Source: Scyliorhinus canicula
Taxonomy: Eukaryota
Direction: 5' to 3'
Assembly (NCBI RefSeq): GCF_902713615.1
Contig: NC_052158.1
Location: forward strand, 8,111,196 to 8,175,195
Length of the DNA stretch: 64,000 bases
A program made the position numbers and the translations under genes. Position 1 is the stretch's first letter. Each line of letters begins with the position of its first letter. The notes beneath the pieces are model-generated. The model was not told the DNA's origin and searched no databases. It saw only the letters and a program-made list of their open reading frames with translations. Shown here piece by piece: positions 50,501 to 63,800 of the stretch.

Positions 50501-51021
50501 AGGCAGCAGCTGCAATGTATAGGTGAGTGAAAAAGCATTGATTTATTCACAGTTTCTGCCTGGACTGCACTTTAGCTTCCAGGCAGGGGTGACTGATGGG
50601 AGGCGATTTTTGATATGTGGTGGGGGTCTGTTTTTGGGGTGGGTTCTCTAATATGGGGGAGGTTCTGTGATGTGAGGAGCTGGTCTGAAGGGGGATCAGT
50701 AGGAGCTCTCCTGGGGTGTCTGGGGGAAAGGTCAGATGGGGGATCTGGTGGGGGTCCGATTCAAAGGTTGGTGGGGAGGTCTGAGAGGAGCTCGCTGGGG
50801 GGGGGGGATTTGTCACCCTCATGTATGCGTACTATGTGTGGGGGGGTGGGGGTGTAGGATACCACTCCTTGTCAGCAGTGGATGGCGTATGATTTGTGTT
50901 GCAGGATCGGGGAGGCATCCTCCAGACTTTGCCATCGGGACACCTGCACAAAATGAATTGCTTGTGGGCGCACTCTTACCACCGGCGCTAGCAGAAGCAA
51001 TTCAGCCCAGTGGGAGATCAT

Positions 51022-52690
51022 GGGCAGGATTCTCCATCCAACAATGCCAGAATCGTGAAACAGGTTTTGGTGGAGAATCGCGTGTGAGGGGAAAATTGTG
51101 GCCAGCACCGGGGGCCTGACAGAATGCCCTGCTCCGGAGTCTTGACAGTGGCATCAGTGCATTCTACTCCGCACGTACAGTAAACGTCATTGGCATATCA
51201 TTAACGGGCCTGACCCGGTTTTCTGTGGGGCCTCCGTGATGGTCTGCCTCTGCAAGGAGGAATTACCAATGGCGAGTTTCATTTGCTGACGACAGGCACC
51301 ATGGCTGCTGAGGGAGAGAGGAGGTACGACATGCAGAGGTGTAACCGTGGGTTAGGGGCAGGGGGGAACAGCGGGGGTGATGGGGATGACCAGGGGATTG
51401 GCCATGGGATCTGGGTGAATCCCCGGGATCGGGGTGTCCAGGCATGGACCGCCATTGATGAAGCCTGCAAGGCAGCCATCTTGCTGGACACCCTGATGAC
51501 TGCCCTCCATAGCCCATGGCTACGCAGAGGGACTCTGGCCATATGAGTGTCCCACCCCACCACGCCCACGCCCCTCCCCCGTCCACCCCACCAATTCCCC
51601 CCTCCCCCCACAAAGTTCCTGTCACTGGGGCCAGTACAGGGGCCAGTGGCCCCATGGTGCCAGACACTGATGGGGTCAAGGGTGCGGTGCAAAGGGTAGA
51701 GTGCCAGCGGAAATGGCCGATGGTGGGTATGAGGATGGGGTGGGGGCGTGGGGAGGGGGGGGGGGGGGGAAAGAACATGCAGGGTTAGGGGCTGCAGCTC
51801 AGGCTGGGGCCACCGTTTTGCTCGTTGGGCCTGGTCGGCCATGGGGGTATGCACCATGCTAACTTGTCTGCCTTTAAACCCCTGCAGATAATGGCTATCG
51901 GAATCCAACCAGGGGTGGTGGCCTCTATCCTAGCTGCCACAGCCCTGGGGGCCAGGAGCTGCTCGAGGGGGACCCTGCAGTGGCAGAGCGCGCCTCCCAG
52001 AAATATCAGTCGGTACATCAGGAGTGGAGGCAGCCTGCTGAGGCCTCTTCCCTGCGACATGGGTCCCCTTTGGTGGCCGTCCTCTGGAGCGACTGGCCTG
52101 GATAGGCTTGGCAGTCGCTCGGGTGTCCCAGGTGGCATGTTGCCACCCTGTTCTGCCCGCTGACCATCGGTAGATTCAAGGGCAGGAGGGGGAGAGTCCG
52201 AGGTGCTCTGGTGTTCCAGCACTACTCCTGCGGGAGTCACCAGCATGGGGCCCATCACCTCCCCCTACCTCAGGGTGCCCAATGGCCCGTGGACTACTTC
52301 CTGGACTTGAGGTACAACCGGAGCTAGCCCCTGAGGCCCCCTCACCACCTGATGCTGCCAGTCCAGTAGGCCCACTCCCATCTCGATCAGGGTCTCAATT
52401 CACACGGCTGTGGAGCACAGGGAGTGGGCTACCTCCCTCTGGGACCCTACCACATCACCCAGTCAGTGTGCCACCTCCCTCTGTGGCTGGCTTAGGTTGG
52501 CCAATGCCCAGGCAATGCCGCCGATGTCCTCAGCCTTGACCCGCTGTGACTGGGCCAAGCTCTGGAGCGCTGCGGTAATGTCCAGGTGGCTTGTAGATGG
52601 CTGCTTGTGACAGGACAGCCTTGTCGTGTGTCTCGGTCACTGCCCGCACAGAGTGCCCCATGTCTTGGACATCCTGACCCACGATTGATA
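51022..52690 (-). mobile_element. Harbinger transposon remnant: left TIR GGGCAGGATTCTCC and partner-ORF C-terminal part
   Basis: DITAALQSLAQSQR coiled-coil homologous to 2331-2860; same TIR as the MITEs. Confidence 0.6.
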
Positions 52691-52691
52691 C

Positions 52692-52990
52692 TGTTGTGTT
52701 AATACTACTTCGGATAACACAGGCTGCTACTTGATGCAGTTTTAACTAAAGGATGCTCCAGACTATGAAATTAGTTTGATGTGTTTATTGAACTATTAGC
52801 ACAGTTCTCAAATGAATTTGACTCTTTGCTAATCTAACTGTAGTAACTCAGTCTGACTGTGTCCTGACTGCCCATTTGTTCTGTCCTATTCTGAGTATTC
52901 ATTGGTTGCATGTTTGCATATTATGACATCTCCCTCTTTTTTAAAAAGATGTATATACATGTGAATGTGTCTGTCTAATGTGACTGACCG
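52692..52990 (-). mobile_element. Gypsy-type 3' LTR with polypurine tract and a short internal stub
   Basis: TGTTG...GCATATTATGACA followed by TCTCCCTC (PPT on the minus strand); its end resembles the LTR at 46630. Confidence 0.6.
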
Positions 52991-54059
52991 AGGAATACAG
53001 AACTTTGCCAAATTCAGGTAAGATTCTCCCCTCTGTTTTTTACTTCAATGTGATCAGCTTTTCTCACCGTCTCTCCCGAAACATTTAACATTGAAATAAA
53101 TCTAATCGTGTTTCCACATTTCACTAGTATAATTCTGTGATCCTGAAATTCTTCTGGGTTGTTCCCATCTCTCGGTTGAACCTTTATGGAGACTGGGAGA
53201 ATCGCAAAGGGATTTTCAAGCCTCTATCAATGTTGTCTTTTGTGTTTATTACACTGAGAATGTACCTTTAATTTGTTGACAGTGTTTCCAACTCCAATAA
53301 ATCTCAGCAGAAATGCCACAAATTAGACAGCAAATGGTCACGAGTAATGGCACCAACCAATCAGGGCGTGCAGGGAAAACATCACCTGTGAAGTAAACAC
53401 TAGTGAATTAGATAATGATTCTACCATTAAAATATGCCATGAGAATTCTTATTTTAGAATTTTCAATATTAGTGGAAGTTCCTGAAGTAGAACACACTCA
53501 GATCTTCTGGTAGCCTTCTGCCTTACTTCACACAAACACAGAATTGTTACGGTGCAGAAAGAGGCCATTTGACCCATGTTAGGATATCACACTAGTCCCC
53601 AACATTTGTTAGGATAGGTCCATAACCACTGTCTTCAACTTAAATGAGGCAATTATAATGGTATGAGGGAGGAGTTGTCTCAGGTGAGCTGGTAAACAAG
53701 CGAAGATACAGGTCAGTAGATGAGCAGCAGCAGATATTTAAACAGCTGGTCCAAAATGCTCAGCAGGAATTTATCCCAATCAAAAGGAGGCAGACAAAAG
53801 GTGGGTATCTATCGGTTACCTTAACTTTTTTCGTGAGGAAAATGCTTGATCATAATAATAATCTTTATTATTATGACAAGTAGGCTTACATTAACATTGA
53901 ATGAAGTAACTGTGAAAACCCCTAGTCACCAAATTCCGGCACCTGTTCGGGTACACGGAGGGAGAATTCAGAATGTCCAAATGACCTAACAGCACATCTT
54001 TCGGGACTTGTGGGAGGAAATCGTAGCACCCGGAGGAAACCCACGCAGACACAGGGAGA

Positions 54060-55146
54060 ATGTGCAGACCCAAGCCGGCGACAATCACCCAGGCCACTGT
54101 GGATAAACTATGCCAGGTTTTCAATACACACAGAATTCCTGAGTTATTGATATCCGATAGCGGCACGGCGTTTAAAGTGCAGAGCTCGTGGCTTTCGCCT
54201 GCACCAATGGGATTTGACATGTGGGGACTGCTCCCTACCACCCAGCTTCAAATGAACTGGCAGAAAGAGCGCTCCAAACATTTAAGCTGGACATGAAGAA
54301 GCTGGCAACTGGATCCTGGGACACTCGCTTGCCGCATTTTCATATTTTTAATCACAGGACACCACATGCCACGACGGGCGTCGCACCAGCAGAGCTCTTG
54401 GAGGTCCGTCGACTCCACACCTGCCTGAGCTTGGTAATCCCCGATCTAGGTGGGAGAGCATGCCGGAACCAGGGCCAGTCCAAGATCGGCACCTGTCACC
54501 GTCCACTGGCCCGCACATTCACCCCTGGTAACAGCATGCAGGTCTGTAACTTCAGGGATGGGGCCGTTTGGCAGCCACAGGGCCGGTATCCTACAACATC
54601 AGAGTGCAAGGACGGGAATCCAATCGCCATGTGGATCACCTTTGGAGCTGTGTGCCGGACATCCCTGAACAGCCTGCCCCTCCTGCGGTTCCAGCTCCAG
54701 CAGGATTGCCGCTGGCCCTTCCACCCCTATTGCCATCACCACCGGCCCAGTCCGAATTGTGGTCGAAGACAAAAGTCCCCCAACTGAGGATGCTCTGATG
54801 GTGGACAAGGATCCACTCAGAACTGAGTTGGAGACAGAGATGGACGCGCTAACCCATCCGATGGTCCTGCACCAGCAATGGCCGCCGGGCCGGATATGCT
54901 GCCTCGGCGTCGGCGGTCATCATGAAAGCGCCGCTCTCTGGTCTGGTACATGCCCCCCAGGGGGCATACCAGAGGGTCAACCCCGATCTAAACGGACCAG
55001 AGGCCTAGGACATGTTTTGATGGACATGGACACATCTCCAGACTTGAGGAGGGTGGGATGTTATAACCCCAGCGGAGATCACAGGATAGGAACCATCCAG
55101 TTTCCCTTGCCCGGGGCGCGTAGTTATTTTAATTATGGGTCCAACA
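54060..55146 (+). mobile_element. Ty3/Gypsy integrase remnant, PPT and start of 3' LTR (55059)
   Basis: IPELLISDSGTAF, TAPYHPASNELAERALQTFK, TPHATTGVAPAELL; GAGGAGGGTGGGA|TGTTATAAC. Confidence 0.9.
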
Positions 55147-55649
55147 TGTGACATTTGACCTAAAATTTCAAAATTATCAAATTTGCTTAAAGATGGGTTT
55201 TTTAAATTAGAGAAACAACTGACCTTTCAGAAATTTGTACAAATTTTGGTATCACAAAGCATTCTGCCATTAATTGCATCACTTATAATGTGATGCAATT
55301 AATCTTTACACTTAAAATAAAACACCCTGCCTTATTTAATTATTCATTTTATTAGCTTTAAATAAATTGTATGGTTAAGGTACAGTATAATAAATATAAA
55401 ACATTTGTATGATTAAAAAAGATTAACCAAAGCACAAATTATGGGTGTAAGCTTTAAAAAAAAAATTATAAACAGAGTTTACAACGTAAAGACTGGACAC
55501 AAAAGAAATGGTTTCTCCATCCTACTGAAAACGCACAATGTGCCTTTGTAGCACGAGTGCAAAAGCTTCCTGGTTAATTTAAACAGTTTTAACATTTAAA
55601 AATAACACTAATCTACAAAAATAGTAAAGAATCTCTTAAGAAATCTTTA

Positions 55650-55865
55650 ACTTACCTGTGATTCATTGATGATTTCCAAACCGCAGCGTAAACGGAAGAA
55701 CAAGGTAAAACGCGGGACACAATGAGGTCTCATTCACAAATTTTAAAACTGTAGTAGTTCACGTGTTCTTACCTTGCGCACGTGGTAGGTCTATCCGGGT
55801 GCTGTGGAATCAGGTGATTTTTCCCTTTGTTAATTTCGCCGGTAGTGTCTTTGCCATGATCAAAC
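55650..55865. promoter_or_regulatory. CpG-containing housekeeping-type promoter, possibly bidirectional
   Basis: Two CACGTG E-boxes, TGCGCA NRF1-like site, CGGAAG Ets site; minus-strand donor CAG|GTAAGT near 55657 and a plus-strand ATG at 55866. Confidence 0.55.
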
Positions 55866-55913
55866 ATGGCAGACGTAAAGTTTTCTGGGACATCATTTAA
55901 CATCATCAAAAAG
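55866..55913 (+). CDS. Probable first coding exon of an unidentified gene: MADVKFSGTSFNIIKK
   Basis: Strong Kozak AAACATGG, open frame to donor AAG|GTAATT (phase 0), directly downstream of the promoter. Protein not recognised. Confidence 0.5.
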
Positions 55914-56749
55914 GTAATTGCAATTTTTTTTGTTAAAAATGTGGGCTATATTTAATGTTTTATGTTGTAATGTGTGCTGCTAATGTATGTTTATTTTATA
56001 CTAACAAGACTGACTTGCCAACGGAGTTTAAAATTTTTTTTACATAGCTTTTAAATTCGAGAGCCAACGTAAATAACTGGGCACTGAAATTTACGAAATT
56101 TGCATTTTATTCCAGCACAAAAATGATAGACAACATTTAAAATAAGGAAATGTAATACTTTCTAGAATTAACCATTATTGATAAAATTGTGATAAACAGA
56201 AAAATCACTCAAATTCATTAATGAGAATGAATTATACAGCCTTAAGAACAAAGAGACATTTCCATGTCTCTAAAAAAAATGTGAAAATGTGGGGGACACG
56301 AATGATAAAGTTATAAATTTGAATAAAATCATCTTCTGTTTTTCTTTGACCCGAGTACATTTGAATACCCAAGTATAATCCTCATAATAAAATTAATTTG
56401 GGTGGTGTGTGTGCACATGAATTTAGCATAAAATATGCATGAAATGTTAATACCCTTTAAAACCACTCTTGGCCTCCAAAAAAAAATAACTACCCGAATA
56501 TGAACTTCCCCGGTAATGGGTGGGGCTTCCCATTAACAGGAGTGGCCCCTCGAGCATAAAAACCCTGACCTGGGAGCATGTTGGGAAAGGAAATCTTCCG
56601 GGGAGTGGTGGCGTTTGACTGTAACCAGTAATAAACATCTTTGTGCTTTTCTAAACAACTATTTATGCGTGACTGCTTATCTTAGATTTTTATTATTGTC
56701 ACAAGTAGGCTTACATTAACACTGCAATAAGGTTACTGTGAAAATCCCG

Positions 56750-57635
56750 GATCTAACAATATACAAAGTGTCATGGGATAGTGGTAGACCAGAGGACTGA
56801 GAGGTTTTTAGGAACTGGCAGCAAAAGACTAAAAAGCTCATAAGAAGTATAAAATCAAAAAGAGTAAGAGTTTCAATGGATATATAAATAGGAAGCAGGA
56901 AGCTAAGGTAAATGTGGGACCTCTACTGAACGATGCTGGTGAATTAATAACATCATCAAAGAAATGGTGGATATGCTAAATACATTTTTTGCATCAGACT
57001 TCGCTGTGAAAGATAGTGAAAGTATCCCATAGATACCAGATGGGCTGATTTTAAATAATATGGTAGACTTCCAAAAATCCCAATCACAAGGAATAGAGTA
57101 GGAGAGAAACTCAAGGGGCTGAAGGCGGACAACTCGCCAGGACCCGATGAACTGCACACTTAGGATTTTAATGGCAGTGGCTGCAGAGAGAGTGGGCCCA
57201 TTGATTGAAATTGTTCAGAACTCGCTAATTTCCAGTAGGGTACCAGAAGATTGGCAAGCAGCCAGTGTGACTCCCTTGCTCGAATAGGGAGAAAGGCAGA
57301 AGGTAGGGAACCAAAGGCCAGTTAGTTTAACATCTATTATTGGCAAGATGCTGGAGTCAATAGTCAAAGTGGAAATAGCTATCATTTAGGAAAGCTGAAT
57401 ATAATCAAACCTAGTCAACATGGTTTATGAAAGGTAAATCATGTTTGACAAATTTGCTCAAACTGTTTGAGGATGTTATGGGGAGAGTAGATAAAGGGGA
57501 ACCTGTAGATAATTTTCTTCATTGTCACAAGTAGGCTTACATCAACACTGCACTGAAGTTACTGTGAAAAGCCCCCAGATGTAGTGTATTTAGATTTCCA
57601 AAAGGCATTTGACAAGGTGCCACAAAAGAGGCTGG
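56750..57635 (+). mobile_element. CR1 LINE ORF2 (RT) fragment with nested SINE tail pieces
   Basis: KLKGLKADNSPGPD, QHGFMKGKSCLTNLL, YLDFQKAFDKVPQKRLVHKI motifs. Confidence 0.9.
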
Positions 57636-57874
57636 TGCATAAAATCAACACTATCACTAACCTATCTCTTTTGCAGATTTAAAGATCCTCAGAGGCCCTT
57701 AGAATGGACCTGATGACCCGACTCATACGTTGAAGAGGCCCAAACTGGAAGTCCGCCCCGACCTCAATTTGGACCCGACCCTGGCCTCGGAGCACTGGAC
57801 CTGGCCTAGGTACCGACACCAGCCCCCAGACTGCTCGATCAAGCCGCCGGAGCTACCAACCCGGCTCCCGCTAC

Positions 57875-60800
57875 GAGACCCGCCCAGCGATTCGACCCAG
57901 AGAGGGTCCGCCCAGCGATCCGACCAAGAGGGACCCACCCAGCAAACCGACCCAGAGAGGTCCGCCCAGCGATCCGACCCAGAGAGGCCCCGCCCAGCGA
58001 TCCGACCCAGAGAGGTCCGCCCAGCGATCCGACCCAGAGAGGTCCGCCCAGCGATCCGACCCAGAGAGGTCCGCCCAGCGATCCGACCCAGAGAGACCCG
58101 CCCAGCAAACCGACCCAGAGAGACCCGCCCAGCGATCCGACCCAGAGAGACCCGCCCAGCGATCCGACCCAGAGAGACCCGCCCAGCAAACCGACCCAGA
58201 GAGACCCGCCCAGCGATCCGACCCAGAGAGGCCCCGCCCAGCGATCCGACCCAGAGAGGTCCGCCCAGCGATCCGACCCAGAGAGACCCGCCCAGCGATC
58301 CGACCCAGAGAGGCCCCGCCCAGCGATCCGACCCAGAGAGGTCCGCCCAGCGATCCGACCCAGAGAGACCCGCCCAGCGATCCGACCCAGAGAGACCCAC
58401 CCAGCAAACCGACCCAGAGAGACCCGCCCAGCAAACCGACCCAGAAAGGTCCGCCCAGCGATCCGACCCAGAGAGGTCCGCCCAGCGATCCGACCCAGAG
58501 AGACCCGCCCAGCAAACCGACCCAGAGAGGTCCGCCCAGCAATCCGACCCAGAGAGACCCGCCCAGCGATCCGACCCAGAGAGACCCACCCAGCGATCCG
58601 ACCCAGAGAGGTCCACACAGCAAACCGACCCAGAGAGACCCGCCCAGCGATCCGACCCAGAGAGGTCCGCCCAGCGATCCGACCCAGAGAGACCTGCCCA
58701 GCGATCCGACCCAGAGAGACCCGCCCAGCGATCCGACCCAGAGAGACCCACCCAGCGATCCGACCCAGAGAGACCCGCCCAGCGATCCGACCCAGAGAGG
58801 CCCCGCCCAGCGATCCGACCCAGAGAGACCCGCCCAGCGATCCGACCCAGAGAGGCCCCGCCCAGCGATCCGACACAGAGAGACCCGCCCAGTGATCCGA
58901 CCCAGAGAGACCCACCCAGCAAACCGACCCAGAGAGACCCGCCCAGCAAACCGACCCAGAGACGTCCGCCCAGCAAACCGACCCAGAGAGACCCGCCCAG
59001 CGATCCGACCCAGAGGGACCCACCCAGCAAACCGACCCAGAGAGACCCGCCCAGCGATCCGACCCAGAGAGGCTCCGCCCAGCGATCCGACCCAGAGAGA
59101 CCCGCCCAGCGATCCGACCCAGAGAGACCCGCCCAGCGATCCGACCCAGAGAGGCCCCGCCCAGCGATCCGACCCAGAGAGACCCACCCAGCGATCCGAC
59201 CCAGAGAGACCCGCCCAGCGATCCGACCCAGAGAGACACGCCCAGCGATCCGACCCAGAGAGACCCGCCCAGCGATCCGACCCAGAGAGACCCGCCCAGC
59301 GATCCGACCCAGAGAGACCCGCCCAGCGATCCGACCCAGAGAGACCCGCCCAGCGATCCGACCCAGAGAGACCCACCCAGCGATCCGACCCAGAGAGACC
59401 CGCCCAGCGATCCGACCCAGAGAGGTCCGCCCAGCGATCCGACCCAGAGAGACCCGCCCAGCGATCCGACCCAGAGAGACCCGCCCAGCGATCCGACCCA
59501 GAGAGACCCGCCCAGCAAACCGACCCAGAGAGACCCGCCCAGCGATCCGACCCAGAGAGACCCGCCCAGCGATCCGACACAGAGAGACCCGCCCAGCGAT
59601 CCGACCCAGAGAGGCTCCGCCCAGCGATCCGACCCAGAGAGGCCCGCCCAGCGATCCGACCCAGAGAGGTCCGCCCAGCGATCCGACCCAGAGAGGTCCG
59701 CCCAGCGATCCGACCCAGAGAGACCCGCCCAGCGATCCGACCCAGAGAGACCCACCCAGCGATCCGACCCAGAGAGGTCCGCCCAGCAAACCGACCCAGA
59801 GAGACCCGCCCAGCGATCCGACCCAGAGAGCCCCGCCCAGCGATCCGACCCAGAGAGGTCCGCCCAGCGATCCGACCCAGAGAGACCCGCCCAGCGATCC
59901 GACCCAGAGAGACCCACCCAGCGATCCGACCCAGAGAGACCCGCCCAGCGATCCGACCCAGAGAGACCCGCCCAGCAAACCGACCCAGAGAGGTCCGCCC
60001 AGCAAACCGACCCAGAGAGGTCCGCCCAGCGATCCGACCCAGAGAGACCCACCCAGCGATCCGACCCAGAGAGACCCGCCCAGCGATCCGACCCAGAGAG
60101 ACCCGCCCAGCGATCCGACCCAGAGAGACTCAGCCCAGCGATCCGACCCAGAGAGGCTCCGCCCAGCGATCCGACCCAGAGAGACCCGCCCAGCAAACCG
60201 ACCCAGAGAGACCCGCCCAGCGATCCGACCCAGAGAGACTCCGCCCAGCGATCCGACCCAGAGAGGCTCCGCCCAGCGATCCGACCCAGAGAGACCCGCC
60301 CAGCGATCCGACCCAGAGAGGTCCGCCCAGCGATCCGACCCAGAGAGGTCCGCCCAGCGATCCGACCCAGAGAGGTCCGCCCAGCAAACCGACCCAGAGA
60401 GAACCGCCCAGCGATCTGACCCAGAGAGGTCCGCCCAGCGATCCGACCCAGAGAGACCCGCCCAGCGATCCGACCCAGAGAGACCCGCCCAGCGATCCGA
60501 CCCAGAGAGGTCTGCCCAGCGATCCGACCCAGAGAGGTCCACCCAGCGATCCGACCCAGAGAGACCCGCCCAGCGATCCGACCCAGAGAGACCCGCCCAG
60601 CGATCCGACCCAGAGAGACCCGCCCAGCGATTCCGACCCAGAGAGGCTCCGCCCAGCGATCCGACCCAGAGAGACCCGCCCAGCGATCCGACCCAGAGAG
60701 ACCCGCCCAGCGATCCGACCCAGAGAGACTCCGCCCAGCGATCCGACCCAGAGAGACCCGCCCAGCGATCCGACCCAGAGAGGTCCGCCCAGCGATCCGA

Positions 60801-63800
60801 CCCAGAGAGACCCGCCCAGCGATCCGACCCAGAGAGACCCGCCCAGCGATCCGACCCAGAGAGACCCGCCCAGCGATCCGACCCAGAGAGACCCGCCCAG
60901 CGATCCGACCCAGAGAGGCTCCGCCCAGCGATCCGACCCAGAGAGACCCGCCCAGCGATCCGACCCAGAGAGACCCGCCCAGCGATCCGACCCAGAGAGA
61001 CCCGCCCAGCAAACCAACCCAGAGAGACCCGCCCAGCGATCCGACCCAGAGAGACCCGCCCAGCGATCCGACCCAGAGAGACCCGCCCAGCGATCCGACC
61101 CAGAGAGACCCGCCCAGCGATCCGACCCAGAGAGACCCGCCCAGCGATCCGACCCAGAGAGACCCGCCCAGCGATCCGACCCAGAGAGACCCGCCCAGCG
61201 ATCCGACCCAGAGAGACCCGCCCAGCGATCCGACCCAGAGAGACCCGCCCAGCGATCCGACCCAGAGAGACCCGCCCAGCGATCCGACCCAGAGAGACCC
61301 GCCCAGCAAACCGACCCAGAGAGACCCGCCCAGCGATCCGACCCAGAGAGACCCGCCCAGCGATCCGACCCAGAGAGACCCGCCCAGCGATCCGACCCAG
61401 AGAGACCCGCCCAGCGATCCGACCCAGAGAGACCCGCCCAGCGATCCGACCCAGAGAGACCCGCCCAGCGATCCGACCCAGAGAGGTCCGCCCAGCGATC
61501 CGACCCAGAGAGCCTCCGCCCAGAAAACCGACCCAGAGAGACCCACCCAGCGATCCGACCCAGAGAGACCCGCCCAGCGATCCGACCCAGAGAGACCCGC
61601 CCAGCGATCCGACCCAGAGAGACCCGCCCAGCGATCCGACCCAGAGAGACCCGCCCAGCAAACCGACCCAGAGAGACCCGCCCAGCGATCCGACCCAGAG
61701 AGACCCGCCCAGCGATCCGACCCAGAGAGACCCGCCCAGCGATCCGACCCAGAGAGACCCGCCCAGCAAACCGACCCAGAGAGACCCGCCCAGCGATCCG
61801 ACCCAGAGAGGCCCGCCCAGCGATCCGACCCAGAGAGGTCCGCCCAGCGATCCGACCCAGAGAGGTCCGCCCAGCGATCCGACCCAGAGAGGCTCCGCCC
61901 AGCGATCCGACCCAGAGAGACCCGCCCAGCGATCCGACCCAGAGAGACCCGCCCAGCGATCCGACCCAGAGAGACCCGCCCAGCGATCCGACCCAGAGAG
62001 GTCCGCCCAGCGATCCGACCCAGAGAGGTCCCCCAGCAAACCGACCCAGAGAGGCTCCGCCCAGCGATCCGACCCAGAGAGACCCGCCCAGCGATCCGAC
62101 CCAGAGAGACCCGCCCAGCAATCCGACCCAGAGAGACCCGCCCAGCAAACCGACCCAGAGAGGTCCGCACAGCGATCCGACCCAGAGAGGCCCACCCAGC
62201 GATCCGACCCAGAGAGGTCCGCCCAGCGATCCGACCCAGAGAGACCCACCCAGCAAACCGACCCAGAGAGACCCGCCCAGCAAACTGACCCAGAGAGACC
62301 CGCCCAGCGATCCGACCCAGAGAGGCTCCGCCCAGCAAACCGACCCAGAGAGACCCACCCAGCGATCCGACCCAGAGAGACCCGCCCAGCGATCCGACCC
62401 AGAGAGACCCGCCCAGCAAACCGACCCAGAGAGACCCGCCCAGCGATCCGACCCAGAGAGACCCGCCCAGCGATCCGACCAAGAGAGACCCGACCAGCGA
62501 TCCGGCCCAGAGAGACCCGCCCAGCGATCCGACCCAGAGAGACCCGCCCAGCGATCCGACCCAGAGAGACCCGACCAGCGATCCGACCCAGAGAGACCCA
62601 CCCAGCGATCCGACCCAGAGAGACCCGCCCAGCGATCCGACCCAGAGAGGTCCGCCCAGCAAACCGACCCAGAGAGGTCCACCCAGCGATCCGACCCAGA
62701 GAGGCCCCGCCCAGCGATCCGACCCAGAGAGACCCGCCCAGCGATCCGACCCAGAGAGACCCGCCCAGCAAACCGACCCAGAGAGACCCACCCAGCGATC
62801 CGACCCAGAGAGACCCGCCCAGCGATCCGACCCAGAGAGACCCGCCCAGCGATCCGACCCAGAGAGGCCCGCCCAGCGATCCGACCCAGAGAGACCCGCC
62901 CAGCAAACCGACCCAGAGAGACCCGACCAGCGATCCGACCCAGAGAGACCCGCCCAGCGATTCCGACCCAGAGAGGCTCCGCCCAGCGATCCGACCCAGA
63001 GAGACCCGCCCAGCAAACCGACCCAGAGAGACCCGCCCAGTGATCCGACCCAGAGAGGCCAGCCCAGCGATCCGACCCAGAGAGGTCCGCCCAGCGATCC
63101 GACCCAGAGAGGTCCGCCCAGCGATCCGACCCAGAGAGACCCGCCCAGCGATTCCGACCCAGAGAGGCTCCACCCAGCGATCCGACCCAGAGAGACCCGC
63201 CCAGCAAACCGACCCAGAGAGACCCGCCCAGTGATCCGACCCAGAGAGACCCGCCCAGCAAACCGACCCAGAGAGACCCGCCCAGCGATCCGACCCAGAG
63301 AGGTCCGCCCAGCGATCCGACCCAGAGAGGTCCGCTCAGCGATCCGGCCCAGAGAGGCTCCGCCCAGCGATCCGACCCAGAGAGACCCGCCCAGCGATCC
63401 GACCCAGAGAGACCCGCCCAGCGATCCGACCCAGAGAGACCCGCCCAGCGATCCGACCCAGAGAGGTCCGCCCAGCGATCCGACCCAGAGAGGTCCCCCA
63501 GCAAACCGACCCAGAGAGGCTCCGCCCAGCGATCCGACCCAGAGAGACCCGCCCAGCGATCCGACCCAGAGAGACCCGCCCAGCAATCCGACCCAGAGAG
63601 ACCCGCCCAGCAAACCGACCCAGAGAGGTCCGCACAGCGATCCGACCCAGAGAGGCCCACCCAGCGATCCGACCCAGAGAGGTCCGCCCAGCGATCCGAC
63701 CCAGAGAGACCCACCCAGCAAACCGACCCAGAGAGACCCGCCCAGCGATCCGACCCAGAGAGGTCCGCCCAGCGATCCGACCCAGAGAGACCCGCCCAGC

